DNA of 64,000 nt, from positions 81,284,001 to 81,348,000 of the forward strand of contig NC_045697.1 in NCBI RefSeq assembly GCF_009834535.1, given 5' to 3'. This DNA is from Camelus ferus (Eukaryota). Shown here piece by piece: positions 1 to 13,195 of this stretch; within the stretch, counting starts at the first letter, position 1; the number at the start of each line of letters is the position of its first letter. A program made the position numbers and the translations under genes. The notes beneath the pieces are model-generated. The model saw only the letters and a program-made list of their open reading frames with translations, had not been told where the DNA came from and did no database searches.

Positions 1-417
1 TAGATAGAACAGACTGTATATTTTGTGTGTCTAGAATCAAGCACAGTGCCCTACACTTTATACCTATTCAATTAATGTTTGTTTTGTTTAGGGGGTGAAT
101 GTACTCAAGTGGGCTTTTCTTTACCATTTCATAAAAGAGTGAGAAACTATAAACAGGGACAACTGCAATAAATTTTAGGAAGTCCAATAACCAACTACAC
201 CCCCCCCTTTTTTTCTTTTTGCTATCTTCAATCTTTTTTATGTGGCTGTTGGCTAAGAAAATCATTACTAATTGGATTTTTTCTTAACTTCAGAGGTAAC
301 AGGAGGGGAAAGCTGGGGAAAGAATAGACAATAGAAAAAGGATGGTATTCATATCTCTGCAAAAGAAGGGTGTTATGAATACCATCAAAGAAGCCAGAAA
401 TTTCTCTGATCTTTTGC

Positions 418-497
418 AAAAAAAAAACAAAAACAAAAAACAAAACAAAACAAAAAAACAAAAAGAAAAGAAAAAAAAAAAAAAAGAAAAAAAGGAA
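418..497 (+). repeat. A-rich low-complexity tract (AAAAC/AAAAG)n
   Basis: Seen directly; it accounts for the Phe-rich ORFs on the minus strand. Confidence 0.9.
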
Positions 498-1179
498 AGC
501 CAGTGAAGCAAAACCAAGTCTGAAAAAGGGTCCAGTAGCCTAACGTCCATTCGTTAAATTTAACATTCAACAAATGAAAAAAACTGGACTTACCCCATCT
601 CTAATATCAATATTCTATCTTCAAATAAAGACTTATTATCATTAATTTTCAAAGCATTAAAGAAGCTGTTAATAAGCATGTAAGTTTTTTAACATGTGAC
701 ATTTCTGCTTTAAAAATTAAGTTATAAGAAATATTCTGAGAATATGGTTACAGCAACATATCTCTCTGAATATCCCACAAACATAGAAATATAGGGAAAC
801 TGGAAACCAGAGACTACATCTAATACAAAAGTAGGTGAGCAGTTAGTCCAATGAAACCCTCAAAATGAAAGTGTAGGGTCAAACTACCTACAGGCAAGAG
901 ATTAATGTAGTTACAGCACCTGTAGGGGAGGGAGCAAAGTGTGAAACACCTGAGAACAGACATGTGTCCTTAAACAAATGAGCCCAAGGAAAACGTACAG
1001 TTACAGGAATTAGAGAGATCTGGGCATATGGAATTCAGAACAAACGAACAGAAGCTTTCAGTGTGAACAAAGTCTATACTGAGTCGGGGAAAAAATCTGT
1101 TAGCAGTAAATCCAAATTAAGCACGGAATGAAAGCAGGGCAAATGCATTGATACAAGATGTTTGTGTGTCTGTGCACAT

Positions 1180-2320
1180 ATATGCATAATATAACAGAAC
1201 CAAAGCTATACAATTTGATTAATCAATAAATATAATGGCTTAACTCATCTGTTAGAAGAAAATGTATTCATACTGCTTAAGTCTAAATCCAATACTATGC
1301 TGTGTATCTCTCCATACTAGTATGAATTCATCTCCAGTTTCTCTTGTTAAGAAAAAAAAATTAACATACAGAAGAGTTTGTATTGTATAATAGCATTTAT
1401 CTAAAAAAGAGGGGAGTATGAGTAGTACATAGGTATCTACTTCTATTTTTAAAAAATAAAAGGATAAATCAAAGCTAGTTTTTTGAAAAGGTAACCTATA
1501 TGGGATTGATGGAATAGAATGAAGACAGACATAAATACTAGACTTCTTCGAATATTCTTTGGTGAATTTTTCTTTGGAAGCATGTGATAAATTTATATAT
1601 TTTTAAAATTATTTTTTAAAAAGCAATCTATAAATGTTAAAAATGAAATGAAAGAAATGAAGATAAATGTGCATCCAGTCAGAGGTAATAACCACGCAGT
1701 AGGCTACTATCAAATCAGCCTTTTAATCAAAATGACTGTCCTGTACTTTTCCTACTGGAATATATCTTAAGAAGTAAAGGAACTACAAAAGAGTTGGAGT
1801 CGTAAGTTACAGGAAATAAGTCATTTATGTCCTCTTCAAGTATTCTCAGTGTCGTTGACGACCTCTCAGCATTGCATAAAGGAGATATACATGCGAGACA
1901 GAAATGAAACCTTGTGGTCAAGTATGAGTTGGGAATATGACATTTAAACAGATAATGTATTTGATATGAAAACAGCGAGCATCCTTCATGGTGCTCATGG
2001 CATTTATTTCACCTTTCCTTTATGAACTGTGCCACAAATAACTGAATAGAAGAGAACTTTCTCTTTCTAGAGGTACTCTAGTTAATGAATAAAGAAGGAA
2101 TTACAGTATCATCATTTCACAACTCCTAATGAATTAATTGATCTAGGCATTGATCATTAATGGCTGCTAAAAGCAAACGAAAAGGAGACAGCCAGACGTT
2201 ATGTGTCTCCAGATGAAAGAGGATAACCCTTTTTTTGAAGGAGCCTTACTCAGATATTGAGCCTGAATCTCATCTAGTCTCTAGACCCAACTCTCAATTT
2301 ATAGAAAATACAGAGTACGT
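1180..2320 (+). mobile_element. Old, degraded L1 (L1MC/ME-like) fragments
   Basis: aatggcttaaactcatct...aaatccaatactatgctgt resembles the L1 endonuclease region; 1990-2310 resembles an L1MC 3' end. Boundaries approximate. Confidence 0.45.
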
Positions 2321-3144
2321 TAAAGATAACTTTTAGACAAATTAGTTAACAAGTGACTGCTTTTTTCCCTGTATCTCTTATTTTATTATTTACTAAATAT
2401 AACTTTTTAAATACATGTAATTATTTATCAGTTGCCTCAGTCTTCCAGAAGAACTTTCACAGTTCATTGAAGGAAAATTCAAACAGATTTTTAGAAAATC
2501 CTCAATATTAAATATGGCTATAATGCAAATCAGTTCAAGGTGATTTCTGGTTAGCCCTGTGCTGACAGACTGGCTAATGGCATTCTCTGAGAAGGATTAC
2601 CTCTGATTGAAAGTGTATCACTGAAATATGATTGTTAAGGAAAAGGATTTAATGTCTTGTTTTGAAGTTATTTTAATCACAGAGCTTTGATATCACTCTC
2701 CTTTTCATTCCAAGGATGTTACTGATCATTATCCCCAGAATTTGGTATTTTTCATTTATTTTTTTTCTGACAGATCACATTATGTACTTGTGAGATGTCT
2801 GAGTCCCTGTCTATAGCTTTGAATTTTCTCAACATACACTCAGTAAAGACTATGCCCTTAGATATTTGTGGAGTAACTTAAGAAATAAAAAACAGGTGGT
2901 AATTTTTTCCTTACGAAGTAAAGGCTTCTTGGAAAGGACTTAGTTAGACAGTTATTTATTCACTGTCATCAAATATTTATCAAGTGCCTATTATATGCCA
3001 ACTTCCAAGGGTGGTGCTAGAGATATAATAATTTACTTACTAAATTTATTTAACAAAGAGTTTACAGTACTCATTATATACTATATGTCTTTGCAACTGA
3101 CAGATCGGTGACTTAAACAGAGAGTTGGCTCTCTGTTTCTATGT

Positions 3145-3398
3145 CAGTGGTTCCCAAACTTTTTCCATTCACAGCACTTTCAATGTCTCAGTAATTTATT
3201 TCATGGTATTCCTAGACCAAGGGAAATATCCAAAGTTCCATTATTACATGTTTGGTTTCTCAAACCTAATAATGGTAGTATCTGTGGTACCTGGGAGATG
3301 TCCCTGTGTTTCTCTCAAATATTTGAAAGATCCTGTGGCACTCCTGGCAGGTTACTGTGCACCCCAGGTACTGAGGTACACAGTTTGGGAAATGCAGA
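3145..3398. mobile_element. hAT-Charlie-type MITE remnant
   Basis: Degenerate terminal inverted repeats cagtggttcccaaact ... agtttgggaaatgcag. Confidence 0.55.
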
Positions 3399-3944
3399 TT
3401 TAACTTGTTTAACCCACTACACGTGCTGCTTAGATATAAAAAACAGTACCTACTCTTCGTCTGGACTCGGACCATAAAGAAACCAGAAATATCCTATCAA
3501 TTTAAAAATCACTTTTAAAAATCAAGTCAAGATATAAATAAAATTATAGCTAAAATTCAGAATGAAATCCAATACTGTGTCCTTCAAAGTACTGGTCCTC
3601 AGTCATGGTCTTCTACTAATACACTAGAATGTGTGTCATAGTTGGCAGAGGTAGTATAAGAATGTTTAGTATGAGCTACAGTCCCCAAGGTTTGAGAATG
3701 AGGTATATTTTAAAAATGGCATAAAGTTGATTCAAAGTTATCACTAAAATGTACTTTTATTTCTACATATTTTATTGACTGGAGAAAATAAACTATTATA
3801 TGTATATCCAGCTCATCAGGAATTGCTCAGTATTATCTTTATACAAGATACATTTATGAGTATTGGTAATATACAACTGTTCATCAGGGGCCATATCTTT
3901 TGCCAAAAAATGAAGTCAAGAACCACAGTTTAGCGTTTCATAAA

Positions 3945-4150
3945 GGCAGCATGATAAAGTGAAGACCATAGATTTTTAGTATGAGAGACCTGGATTAGAG
4001 TCCTGGATCAATCAATGAAATAACTGTGAGGTCACGGACAAACTGTCTAATGTCTCTTAGAACATCACTTTCCTCATCTGTCAGATGGGCAAATAATATT
4101 CGTAACTTGTTCTGAATTAAATAAGATACCAAGAATGCTTATTGCTTGTC
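3945..4150 (+). mobile_element. MIR SINE remnant
   Basis: agacctggattagagtcctgg...actgtgaggtc...ttcctcatctgtcagatggg matches the MIR core. Confidence 0.6.
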
Positions 4151-4160
4151 ACACATTACT

Positions 4161-4200
4161 AATGAAATAAATACTGAATAAATGAAATAAATACTGAATA
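4161..4200 (+). repeat. Perfect 20-bp tandem duplication (AATGAAATAAATACTGAATA)x2
   Basis: Seen directly. Confidence 0.95.
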
Positions 4201-4337
4201 TTGTTGAAAAGGTTACCTCATGAAATATTATATGAGTAATATAATCAAAATGCCATGGTATTTCCAAGGAAGGAGAAATTACAGCTTGAGGAATCAAAAA
4301 AGATATTATAGGAGTAGCTTTTGAGGGCAGCTTAGAG

Positions 4338-4510
4338 CAGTGACTTTCAAAATTTTTACCATGACCACAAAAATGAATTTTTATATGACTCATTAAAGCT
4401 TTGCTGGTAAAATTTTAATACACTCAGAATAATAATTTGCTTTCATATTTGATGCATCTTGCTTACAACCTACTAAATTATTTTTATGTCACATAGCTTG
4501 AAAGAAACTG
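4338..4510. mobile_element. hAT-Charlie-type MITE remnant
   Basis: Termini cagtgactttcaaaattttt ... agcttgaaagaaactg. Confidence 0.4.
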
Positions 4511-5269
4511 ATTTAAAGTATGGACAGAAACTGAGTCAGATCAGAACTTTTATTTCAGAATCAAATTGTACACAGGTAGGGATTGATTCTTCTAAGAGTA
4601 TGGTGGGTTATATGCAGATATTGACAATAAAATTACAATAAGATTTGGAACATATTACAATGGCATATATATTTCACATTGGTGTGCTCACTAAAATTAA
4701 GAGAAGAAAGACTGAAGATTCAGGAGTAATAATCTCACACACATACACACATATAAGCTGAACCACGAGCAGGAAGCAATAAGAGGAAGTCGGTGAGTAG
4801 GGGGAGGTACTGGTAAAGGGTGCTTTTTCCACTAGGGCAAATACCCATGTTAGTATTCTATAGGGAAACAAAATAAATCTTAGAGCGATGGCAAGATGGA
4901 GGGGGTCAACCAGAGAGTTTCTAATTAAATCAGTCTCATTCATAAGAGCCAAAATATTCCAAGTCAATTGTTCCTACTGATTCAGCAGTAGGAGAAAACA
5001 CAAATCTTCTCAGATGAGAAGCATCTCCAAGTTTAGACCCTACATATTTTCAAAGATTAAACTCAAAATCAAATGTTGCAAACACATAAGGAAACGTGAG
5101 GAAAAGTCAGCAGTGGGGGAGGAAAAAAAAAAGATTTAGATCACCAAGAACACTGGATATTGGAGTTATTAGATGAACAATACAATATAATTATGTGTGA
5201 ATGTTTAAGGATAGACAGATAAATTAAGCAAGTAAAATAAGACCAAAAAAGAAAATGACCAGGTAAATT

Positions 5270-5550
5270 TCACAGAAATGGCTAATAAACATATGAAAAG
5301 ATGCTCAAGCTCATTAGTAATCATGGCAATGTAGATTAGCTCACAATGGATGCTATTTCACACCCACTAGATGGGGAAGGATGAAGGTCTGGAAATGTTA
5401 AGTGTTGGCAAGAATGTGAAGCAATGGGAACTTTTATACTCTCCTAGAGGGAATGAAAATTGGTAGAATCACTTTGTAAAACAGTTTGGCACTAATTATA
5501 ACAATGAACATGTGCATCCTCTACAACTTGGCAATTCTACTCCTAGAAAA
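5270..5550 (+). mobile_element. Old L1 ORF2 3' fragment (L1ME-like)
   Basis: aaatggctaataaacatatgaaaagatgctcaa...gcaattctactcctag. Confidence 0.75.
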
Positions 5551-5959
5551 ACTCTAATGAGGTCTGACAAGAGAAACCTACCAAAATGAGAACCCAGGTT
5601 TTTACATTCAAAGTTGAAGGGGAAGGGGAAAATAACCTTCCTTATAGAAGAGGAACAAGGAAATCTGCCTAAGTGGTGGGGAAATTAGCCTGGGTGGTGG
5701 AAGAAGTTGGGACCATAAGCCAATCCTCCTAGATCTGAATTTCAAAATCATACTACTTATGCAAAAACCCTCCCTGGGTAATTTAACTAAGATTATCTTT
5801 TGTTGATCATGCCCCTAGGAGATTGATGTAAGTGAATGTAGATCTCTTAGAGGAATTCAACTTCAACTGAGTCTTCTAGTCATTTCCATAAGAATATTTT
5901 ATGAAAGGAATGGCTGTGTTTTTAGATATGAAAGCTATTTAGGGACCCACTCTCATAAG

Positions 5960-6445
5960 TATGTTCTAGATCTTGCAGTCTCACATAATAGAAGGAAAAA
6001 TTTATGGGGGAAAGAGAAGGGAGAATTGCTGAAGCAAAGTCCATGAGCAATGAACTCCATATCGAGCTACTAATTCTAGAAACGGCAAAGGATTGGGGTT
6101 ATGTATAGTTGTAGTAGGTCTCTTGATGTCTTGCTAATGGTCCACAGCTGTTTCCTTCTCTGTTTCCTTCCTTCTCTAATCTAGGCCAAACAGGAGCCTA
6201 CTTGCCCAGTCTGTTTATGAAGAGCTACCCGCCTACCTTACCCTTATCCCAGGTCAATGGCTGTGAAGCAGCTCATGCCTGATTTCCCATTGGGAAAAGA
6301 CTAAAGCTGATTACGAGCTGAGATCCTGCCTCTTTACCTTAACCTGCCCTAGCCTGCCTCCATGTTGTCCTCCTCCTAAGCCCTTCCTCAATTAATCTCT
6401 TGAAAAACAATTCTCTTGTTTCTAGGGAACCCAAACTACACTAAC
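5960..6445 (+). mobile_element. ERVL-class LTR remnant (LTR16/LTR33-like)
   Basis: 3' end ttcctcaattaatctcttg...tttctagggaacccaaactaca resembles ERVL LTR ends. Confidence 0.4.
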
Positions 6446-9400
6446 TTCAAGGGAATCACTGTCCAGATCCTTATCTTTCACATGTTCTTTTTATTAAAAA
6501 TATATTTAGTACTTGCCTGCATTCATGGTAGTCCTTCTGCTACTCAGTAAAAGACCCGTTGCCTCAGTTGTGTTATACTGTGGTATATTTTCCCAAGGTG
6601 AAAACTTCTTGGTGTATATGGGGGTGGCCAAAGGGATAATTCATAATACTGATTTTATGATAGCCTCTTTTAATCATTAATCAATATCAAAAACACATCA
6701 GGTTTTTAATTTTTTCCTGTTTGGTATGTGTGTGTGTATCAGATAGATGATTCATACACACATATAGATTTGGTATTAAGGGTAACTTCTGTTAAGCCTG
6801 TATTTGTTGGAACATTATTTAGAACTTTGAAAAATGGGGTGACAGGAGTAATGACAGTTGTTTATTAATATACGTTCCTTTTTTGAATTACTGTCAAAGA
6901 ATTCATTGCACTTGACAGAAAGTCCACTGAGGGCAAATCAAAGAGAAAATCATCATGAAGCATTAATTCCCAAAATGACTTCATTTTCACATATTTAAAT
7001 AAATATATTTCAACTAATTTTGAAATTCCTCCCAAGTTTGTATCTTTAGTCAGACTACAAAATATATTCTAACAGTTTAAGCACTTAGTGGGATTCATTT
7101 TTTAAAATAGAATAGGAATATTTTCCAAGACTTCTAAATTTTGCAAGATATAATAGATGAAACCTCCAGAAAAAAAGTATGTAAGTGTGAATTTCTTTCA
7201 TCTGTAGTAGTAAGATACTTAAAAACTATGTTATCAGTTATATCACAAAATTATCCATTAGAGTCTATTACTATTTTTCATTTTAAAATATTTAATATTT
7301 TTAAAACCTGTTAAAGTAAAATTATGTGATATTTCAGACCCACTATGTTTTAACAGTATACATATTTATTTTTATATAACTTACAGAAATTAGTAGGATT
7401 CTTTCTGAGTTTTTATATCACTATTATTAGTAAGTATTATGTTATTATAATATTATAAATATTCCCCAAGCCAAATACTGGATAGACAGGCACATGTTTA
7501 ACCAAAGGAAAAGTAAGACTTTTAGCATATTGTTTGTCTTGCTCCATCTATAATATTCTAGTTACACATTATTAGCATTATTATAAATTAGTCATGAGAA
7601 TAGCACATGTATTTATCATCTCCTTATAAGGATAATGAAGTTAGATCCATCTGATTTTAATTCTGCTTGCTGTGTAACCTATTTCACAAGATGCGTCTTT
7701 AATTTATTTGAGTAGTTTTTAATATTATGATGAAAGTATTTTTTAAATTTAATAATGAAGATAGACTTTTCTGAGAGTAAATAAGTATGATTTAGTTGAT
7801 AGTTCTGACAGTAAAGACTGCCCATGCCAAATAGTTTTAATGGCAGATATGCTGAAGAAATTAATTGAGCCAAATCTACAGCTCCAGAGTTGTGATGGCT
7901 ATATATCTATGTCTCCCTCTCTAATTTCCAATTAAAAAATCCTATGAAAAAATGCATTGTTTAAATTGAAATAAAATTAAAAATATATTTTTATTCTTCG
8001 AATACTTCCTGAGTGTACGAGATTAAACAAAATGGCATTATGTAAATTGTAGTATGCAAGTAGTTATGTGATAAATGTGGGAAAGTATTTTTGTGCTCTT
8101 TCCAGAAACTTAATAAAGAATGGACTCTAAGGATCGGGTATACGTTCTGTTATAGAGCAGGAGGTTTATAATTTTTTACCTGAAAAAGTTGAAGGAGCAT
8201 GTAACCTAATCAAGTGTTTAGCTGACAGATCTTTTAAGAGAATTTTTTTTTTTTTTTTTGGAATGAGAGATTGTTCCCTGGGTTTTTTTAGCATCTCATT
8301 TGGAAGCAGTTAAAAGAATTGAATCATTTTGCTAAAGGACAACTTCCAATTCGAATTACTTAGTTATACAAACAAGGCTTTTAGCATTACAGTTATGAAA
8401 ACAAAAGGTAGAAAGAACTGATATTGAACTAATCTGTTTCTAAAATAAATCAAATTTATTCATGAAAACATAAACTCATTAAAAAAAGGCTTCGTTCAGC
8501 ATCCTTAAGACATCATTTCAAATAAAATATTTTATGCTTACTAATTCCTTTTCAAAGTTTATACGATCACTGCATTCTGGTCAAAATCTCAGTAATGATA
8601 ATGCTAACTCAATCCAGAAGAATACTTTTCTAAGGCTTAGAATTTTACAGAAAAGAGGGAATGGAATACGTTATAAAATTTCAAGTTATTACATTTTGCG
8701 AAAGTTATGTGAGCATATGAACAACAAAATATTTCCATACATAAAGTACATTAAGATAATGTTTTTTGTGTGTGGTAAATTGAGTGGAATCAAAGTTTTT
8801 GGAAAAAACAAACAATAGTAAACAAATAAACAATAATTCTTTTGAATCTTAAAGAAGGGCTTTCTTTATGCATATTGTTTGTCCCCCTCACCTCCCAGAA
8901 TTATTGAGGATGTTCACTTACTTTTGTTGAAAGCAATAATGGGAACCACTTGACTTGAACCACTTGAAACAGGATTTGTTCATTCATGTTTAGTCAGTGT
9001 ATTCTATCAACACCAATATTTTGAAGCTATTTGTTCTGTAACTGAGTAATGCACTGTGGCAAAATTTAGGTTGATGAGGAATAATGTCTTTCTTTTACAA
9101 ATTGGGAAAAGGACAATTATGCAAAGGAGAGTGGAAAAGGAGACAAGTACAACGTTGGGATCTTGGTGCCATCTCGTGTAGACCAAGTGCAAGAAAGAAG
9201 GCATAGGAAAGCTGAGGATGTTGTGACTGATTCGCTTAAAACCACTCATGCTAGAAATGTCCTTGTGCGCTCCAGGGAATACTCTTAAGCCAGCTGCTTG
9301 GTAGACCCCAGCACTAGGGTAGTTGTGTAGATGACCATGTTAACACTAGCACCTTTGTAAGGTAAGAGGGAATTAATTAAAAGTGCATCAGATTGTGATT

Positions 9401-9671
9401 GTGTGTTTTTCTCTGATGAACTTTAACAACTGGAGTCATAAGTGGGGTAAATGGACAGTTAGATTTAAACATGGCTGGAGTTTTTCCCTGTGAGTTATGG
9501 CCAGAGGTTGAAGGTGTATACAAGGGATTAAACCTATAGTGAATTAATTGAGATATAAGAACATGTGTGTGAGGAGGGAGAGAGAGGTTAAAAAAAAAAA
9601 GTGTTGGAGTTTGGGTAATAGAGAAAAAAATAGAGAAAAAAAAGGGGGGAGTTTAAAATTGAAGTTATGTA

Positions 9672-10244
9672 GCACCCCAATGCTAATAGCAGCACTATTT
9701 ACAATAGCCAAGCCATGGAAACAACTTAAATGTTCATTGGCAAATAACTGGGTAAAAATTGTTGTATACTTATATAATGGAATACTACTCAGCCACAAAA
9801 AGAATAAAATAATGACATTTGCAGCAACATGGATGGACATGGAGATTGTCATTCTAAGTGAAGTAAGCCAGAAAGAGAATGAAATATACCATATGCTATT
9901 ACCCATATGTGGAATCTAAAAAAAAAGATGCAAATGAACTTATTTTACAAACAGAAACAGACACATAGACAGAAAACAAACTCATGGTTACCAGTGGGGG
10001 AAGAGGGTGGGAAGGGATAAATTGGGAGCTCAAGATTTGCAGATACTAACTACTATATATAAAATAGATAAACAACAAGTTTCTTCTGTATAGCACAGGG
10101 AACTATATTCAATATCTTGTAGTAACATATAATCAAAAAGAATATGAAAACAAATACGTGTATATATATTGTATGACTGAAATATTATGCTGTGCACCAG
10201 AAACTGACACACTATATATCGACTATACTTCAATAAAAAAAAAA
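9672..10244 (+). mobile_element. 5'-truncated lineage-specific L1 (ORF2 C-terminus, 3'UTR, polyA) with 11-bp TSD
   Basis: Encodes the ORF2 C-terminal motif TPMLIAALFTIAKPWKQLKC and ends caataaaaaaaaaa. TSD GAAGTTATGTA at 9661-9671 and 10245-10255. Confidence 0.93.
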
Positions 10245-10835
10245 GAAGTTATGTAAAACATGCTCTATGCTCTTTGTTACACCCATACAAAATAATCAAT
10301 TTGTAATGTGTAGGAGTCTTTATGGTTCATTATAGCACCTCTAGTCCATTATTATTTTTATTTTACAGGTGAAGACATTGAAACCCAGTGACTATAAATG
10401 AGGTGGTTTTGTGTAAAATTCTATCAGAGCTAGGTCTAAAATCTGACTTTTCTGATTATTGGGGTCATTGCTTTATTTCTTCCTTTTTAAAGTGACTTTT
10501 TTTCAATATGTTGTTTTCATGTATTCCTACCAACTTCCACACAGTTCACATTTTTCCTCCTTTTAGATTACAAATGAAGTGATTTCTTAAAGTTTTACTC
10601 TTCCATACGCAAGAAAGATCTTAATAATAATTGTTGGGGTCTGTTCTATGTCAATGCCCTGGGAAACCACAATCCTCAAACATGTAAGTATATTTCACCA
10701 AAATTAAAACTTTTCTGAGGGCATCAATTACAAATATTGCAAAATGACCTTCTGGAAGCATGTAAACAGCTAAGAGTCTAGTTAATCATAAATTATATCT
10801 ACTTACTTGGCACATATTGCTTTAAAAATGAAGCA

Positions 10836-10897
<62 letters not shown>
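10836..10897 (+). repeat. Compound microsatellite (CT)n(CA)n
   Basis: Seen directly. Confidence 0.97.
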
Positions 10898-10898
<1 letters not shown>

Positions 10899-12493
10899 CA
10901 CACAGACCACACTGCTGAGAACATGTCTGTTGATTTTTAATGGAATGAAATACTTCAGAGACTGCCCAGAGATATTTATGGTACTTATGGTCCTGGCCAT
11001 GCTTTAGAAGAGTGCTTCCAGTTCTCAAAGAAATAATGATGTCATTTTATGGGAAACTTTGTTTTCATCTTCAATAATAAATTGAATAGAATTATAGTTT
11101 GTAATATCCTAATCACGCTTGGTTATTGTGTCTATAAATCTTAGCAGGTACTACTGGGAGGAGACATGCACAGCTTGTGAGCGCCATTAAGGATTAGTAG
11201 TCTGTGTTTGCATGTTTCTCTCCAAATGGACTGTTATTAGTCACAATTCTAAAATATGAGATGTCAGATGTTACACTATATTAAATTCTTATGACTGTAG
11301 AAATAAGTAGGTTATACATGCCTCGATAATATAAAGTCTTCAAATAGGAAAATACTATGGATTTGTAATGCAGAAAATCCTATTCCAGTAGCAAATCCCC
11401 AGATTAATCAGTGGGAAATGGTTTCTTAGAGTGACAGACTGCATTTTATTTAGATTGTATGCATTTTAGTAAAATTGCTCTAAGTACCTCTGAACTTACC
11501 TAAATAAGAATATGCTTTTATAATTTCAAGCTAAACAATTTTTTATAGATAGAATTCTTTTTAAAATTGCAAGATTTTACTTAACTAAGAGTTGTTCCCT
11601 GGTTTCCTATATTTTTCCCCCAAACAGTAAGTTATTATTTAAATTTTCTAGCTTTATTAAATTCTTATTTGCTTTTATTACTTTTAGTTTTAAATGTGTC
11701 CCCAGCTATAGTTCAAAATTCAGAGCCTCTACATACTGTTTATCTAAGTTACATAAAGCATATATTCCTGTAAATTTTATGGGAAAACTGGGCTCTGGCT
11801 TCCCAAACATTGAAGGACTGGCTTAAAATTTACATGAATCCAAACCTAAATACTCTTCCATCTCCAGTTTTTTTGTTTTTTTATCAGAATTGTCTGCTGT
11901 TGCTTTACAAGCCAGCTCTGTTGATAGGCAATCAGACTGAAACAGCATTTTATCCCCTATAGTTTTTACCTAACTCCTCTCAGAAGACACACATATAAAG
12001 TTATAGATATAAATTTTCATCTTGTATTTTTCCAGGATACAGTCCTTCATTCACCTTTTCATTCATTCAAACCAATATTCAGTGGATTCTATAAACATTG
12101 TACAGCGTTGGCAGCTTCATTCTAACCCACTTAGCATGATTATTAAGATCCTGCTGAGAGAAAGGCATTTAAGAAAGAGGATAATCACTTCGAACTTTGT
12201 CTTGATTACTAGTGTAGAAAAGCCACATAATTAATGCAGATGTTAAATACAGTTGTAAACCAAGTTAACAAACAAACCAAGAATATTTTATGCCAAAATG
12301 TCACTGTATGACTTACACAAAAGATAGTTGTTTATAAGGAAACAAGGCCATTTATTCCATACTAGAGTCCAGTGGAAAAAATCAGGGTGGCCAGCATATG
12401 CTGAACTTTCAATAAATGGACACTCCATCATACATTATGGGAGATCAGTATATCAACCGCCAATAAAACTGAATGAGAGACACTTTTCTCCCA

Positions 12494-12891
12494 CTAAGTG
12501 AAGTAAGTCAGACAGAGAAAGACAAATATCATATAATATCACTTGCATGTGGAATCTAAAAAAGATGACACAAATGAACTTATTTACAAAACAGAAAGAG
12601 ACACACAGACATAGAAAACAAACTTATGATTACCAAAGGTGAAAGGAGAGGGAAGGGCTAAATTGGGAGTTTGGAATTAGTAGATACAAATCACTATATA
12701 CAGAATAGATAAACAACAAGGTCCTACTGTGTAGCTCAGAGAACTATGTTCAATAACTTGTAATAACTTATAATGAAAAACAATATGAAAAGGAATATAT
12801 ATGTATAAATGAATCACTACTATACTGTACACCAGAAACTAACACAGAAACAACATTGTAAATCAACCACACTTCAATAAAAAACAAAAAA
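12494..12891 (+). mobile_element. 5'-truncated L1 3'UTR with A-tail
   Basis: ctaagtgaagtaagtcagacagagaaagacaaatatcat...acttcaataaaaaa. Degenerate TSD agagacacttttctc / agaaacacatttctc. Confidence 0.9.
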
Positions 12892-13079
12892 AGAAACACA
12901 TTTCTCTCAGTGCCAGTGAGCAGCAGATGCAGACGATAAAGGCAATGTTAATAAGATCTTGTTGTCTGATTTATAAAGAAATCTGGATGGTAACCACTAA
13001 AGAACATTCTAACCAGTAGTAAAGACTTAATAGTGGAATTTCAAAAAAAATACTCAATGCATAGACTTTTTCTTTAAAA

Positions 13080-13195
13080 ATGGTGAGAATGGTGGTAATT
13101 ATTTTGCAATATGTAAGTGTATCAGATCATCATGTTGTATGCCTTAAACTTACACAACATTATATGTCAATTATATCTCAATAAAGCTGGAAAAA
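13080..13195 (+). mobile_element. L1 extreme 3' end fragment
   Basis: ttgtatgccttaaacttacacaacattatatgtcaattatatctcaataaagctggaaaaa. Confidence 0.8.

Noticed and set aside
68..573. Phe-rich hydrophobic ORFs
   Set aside because: Translations of the A-rich low-complexity tract.
9544..9919. 123-aa (+) and 120-aa (-) ORFs
   Set aside because: These are the L1 ORF2 C-terminal remnant and its antisense, fused to flanking sequence; not host genes.
10803..11007. His/Thr- and Cys/Val-repeat ORFs
   Set aside because: Products of the (CT)n(CA)n microsatellite.
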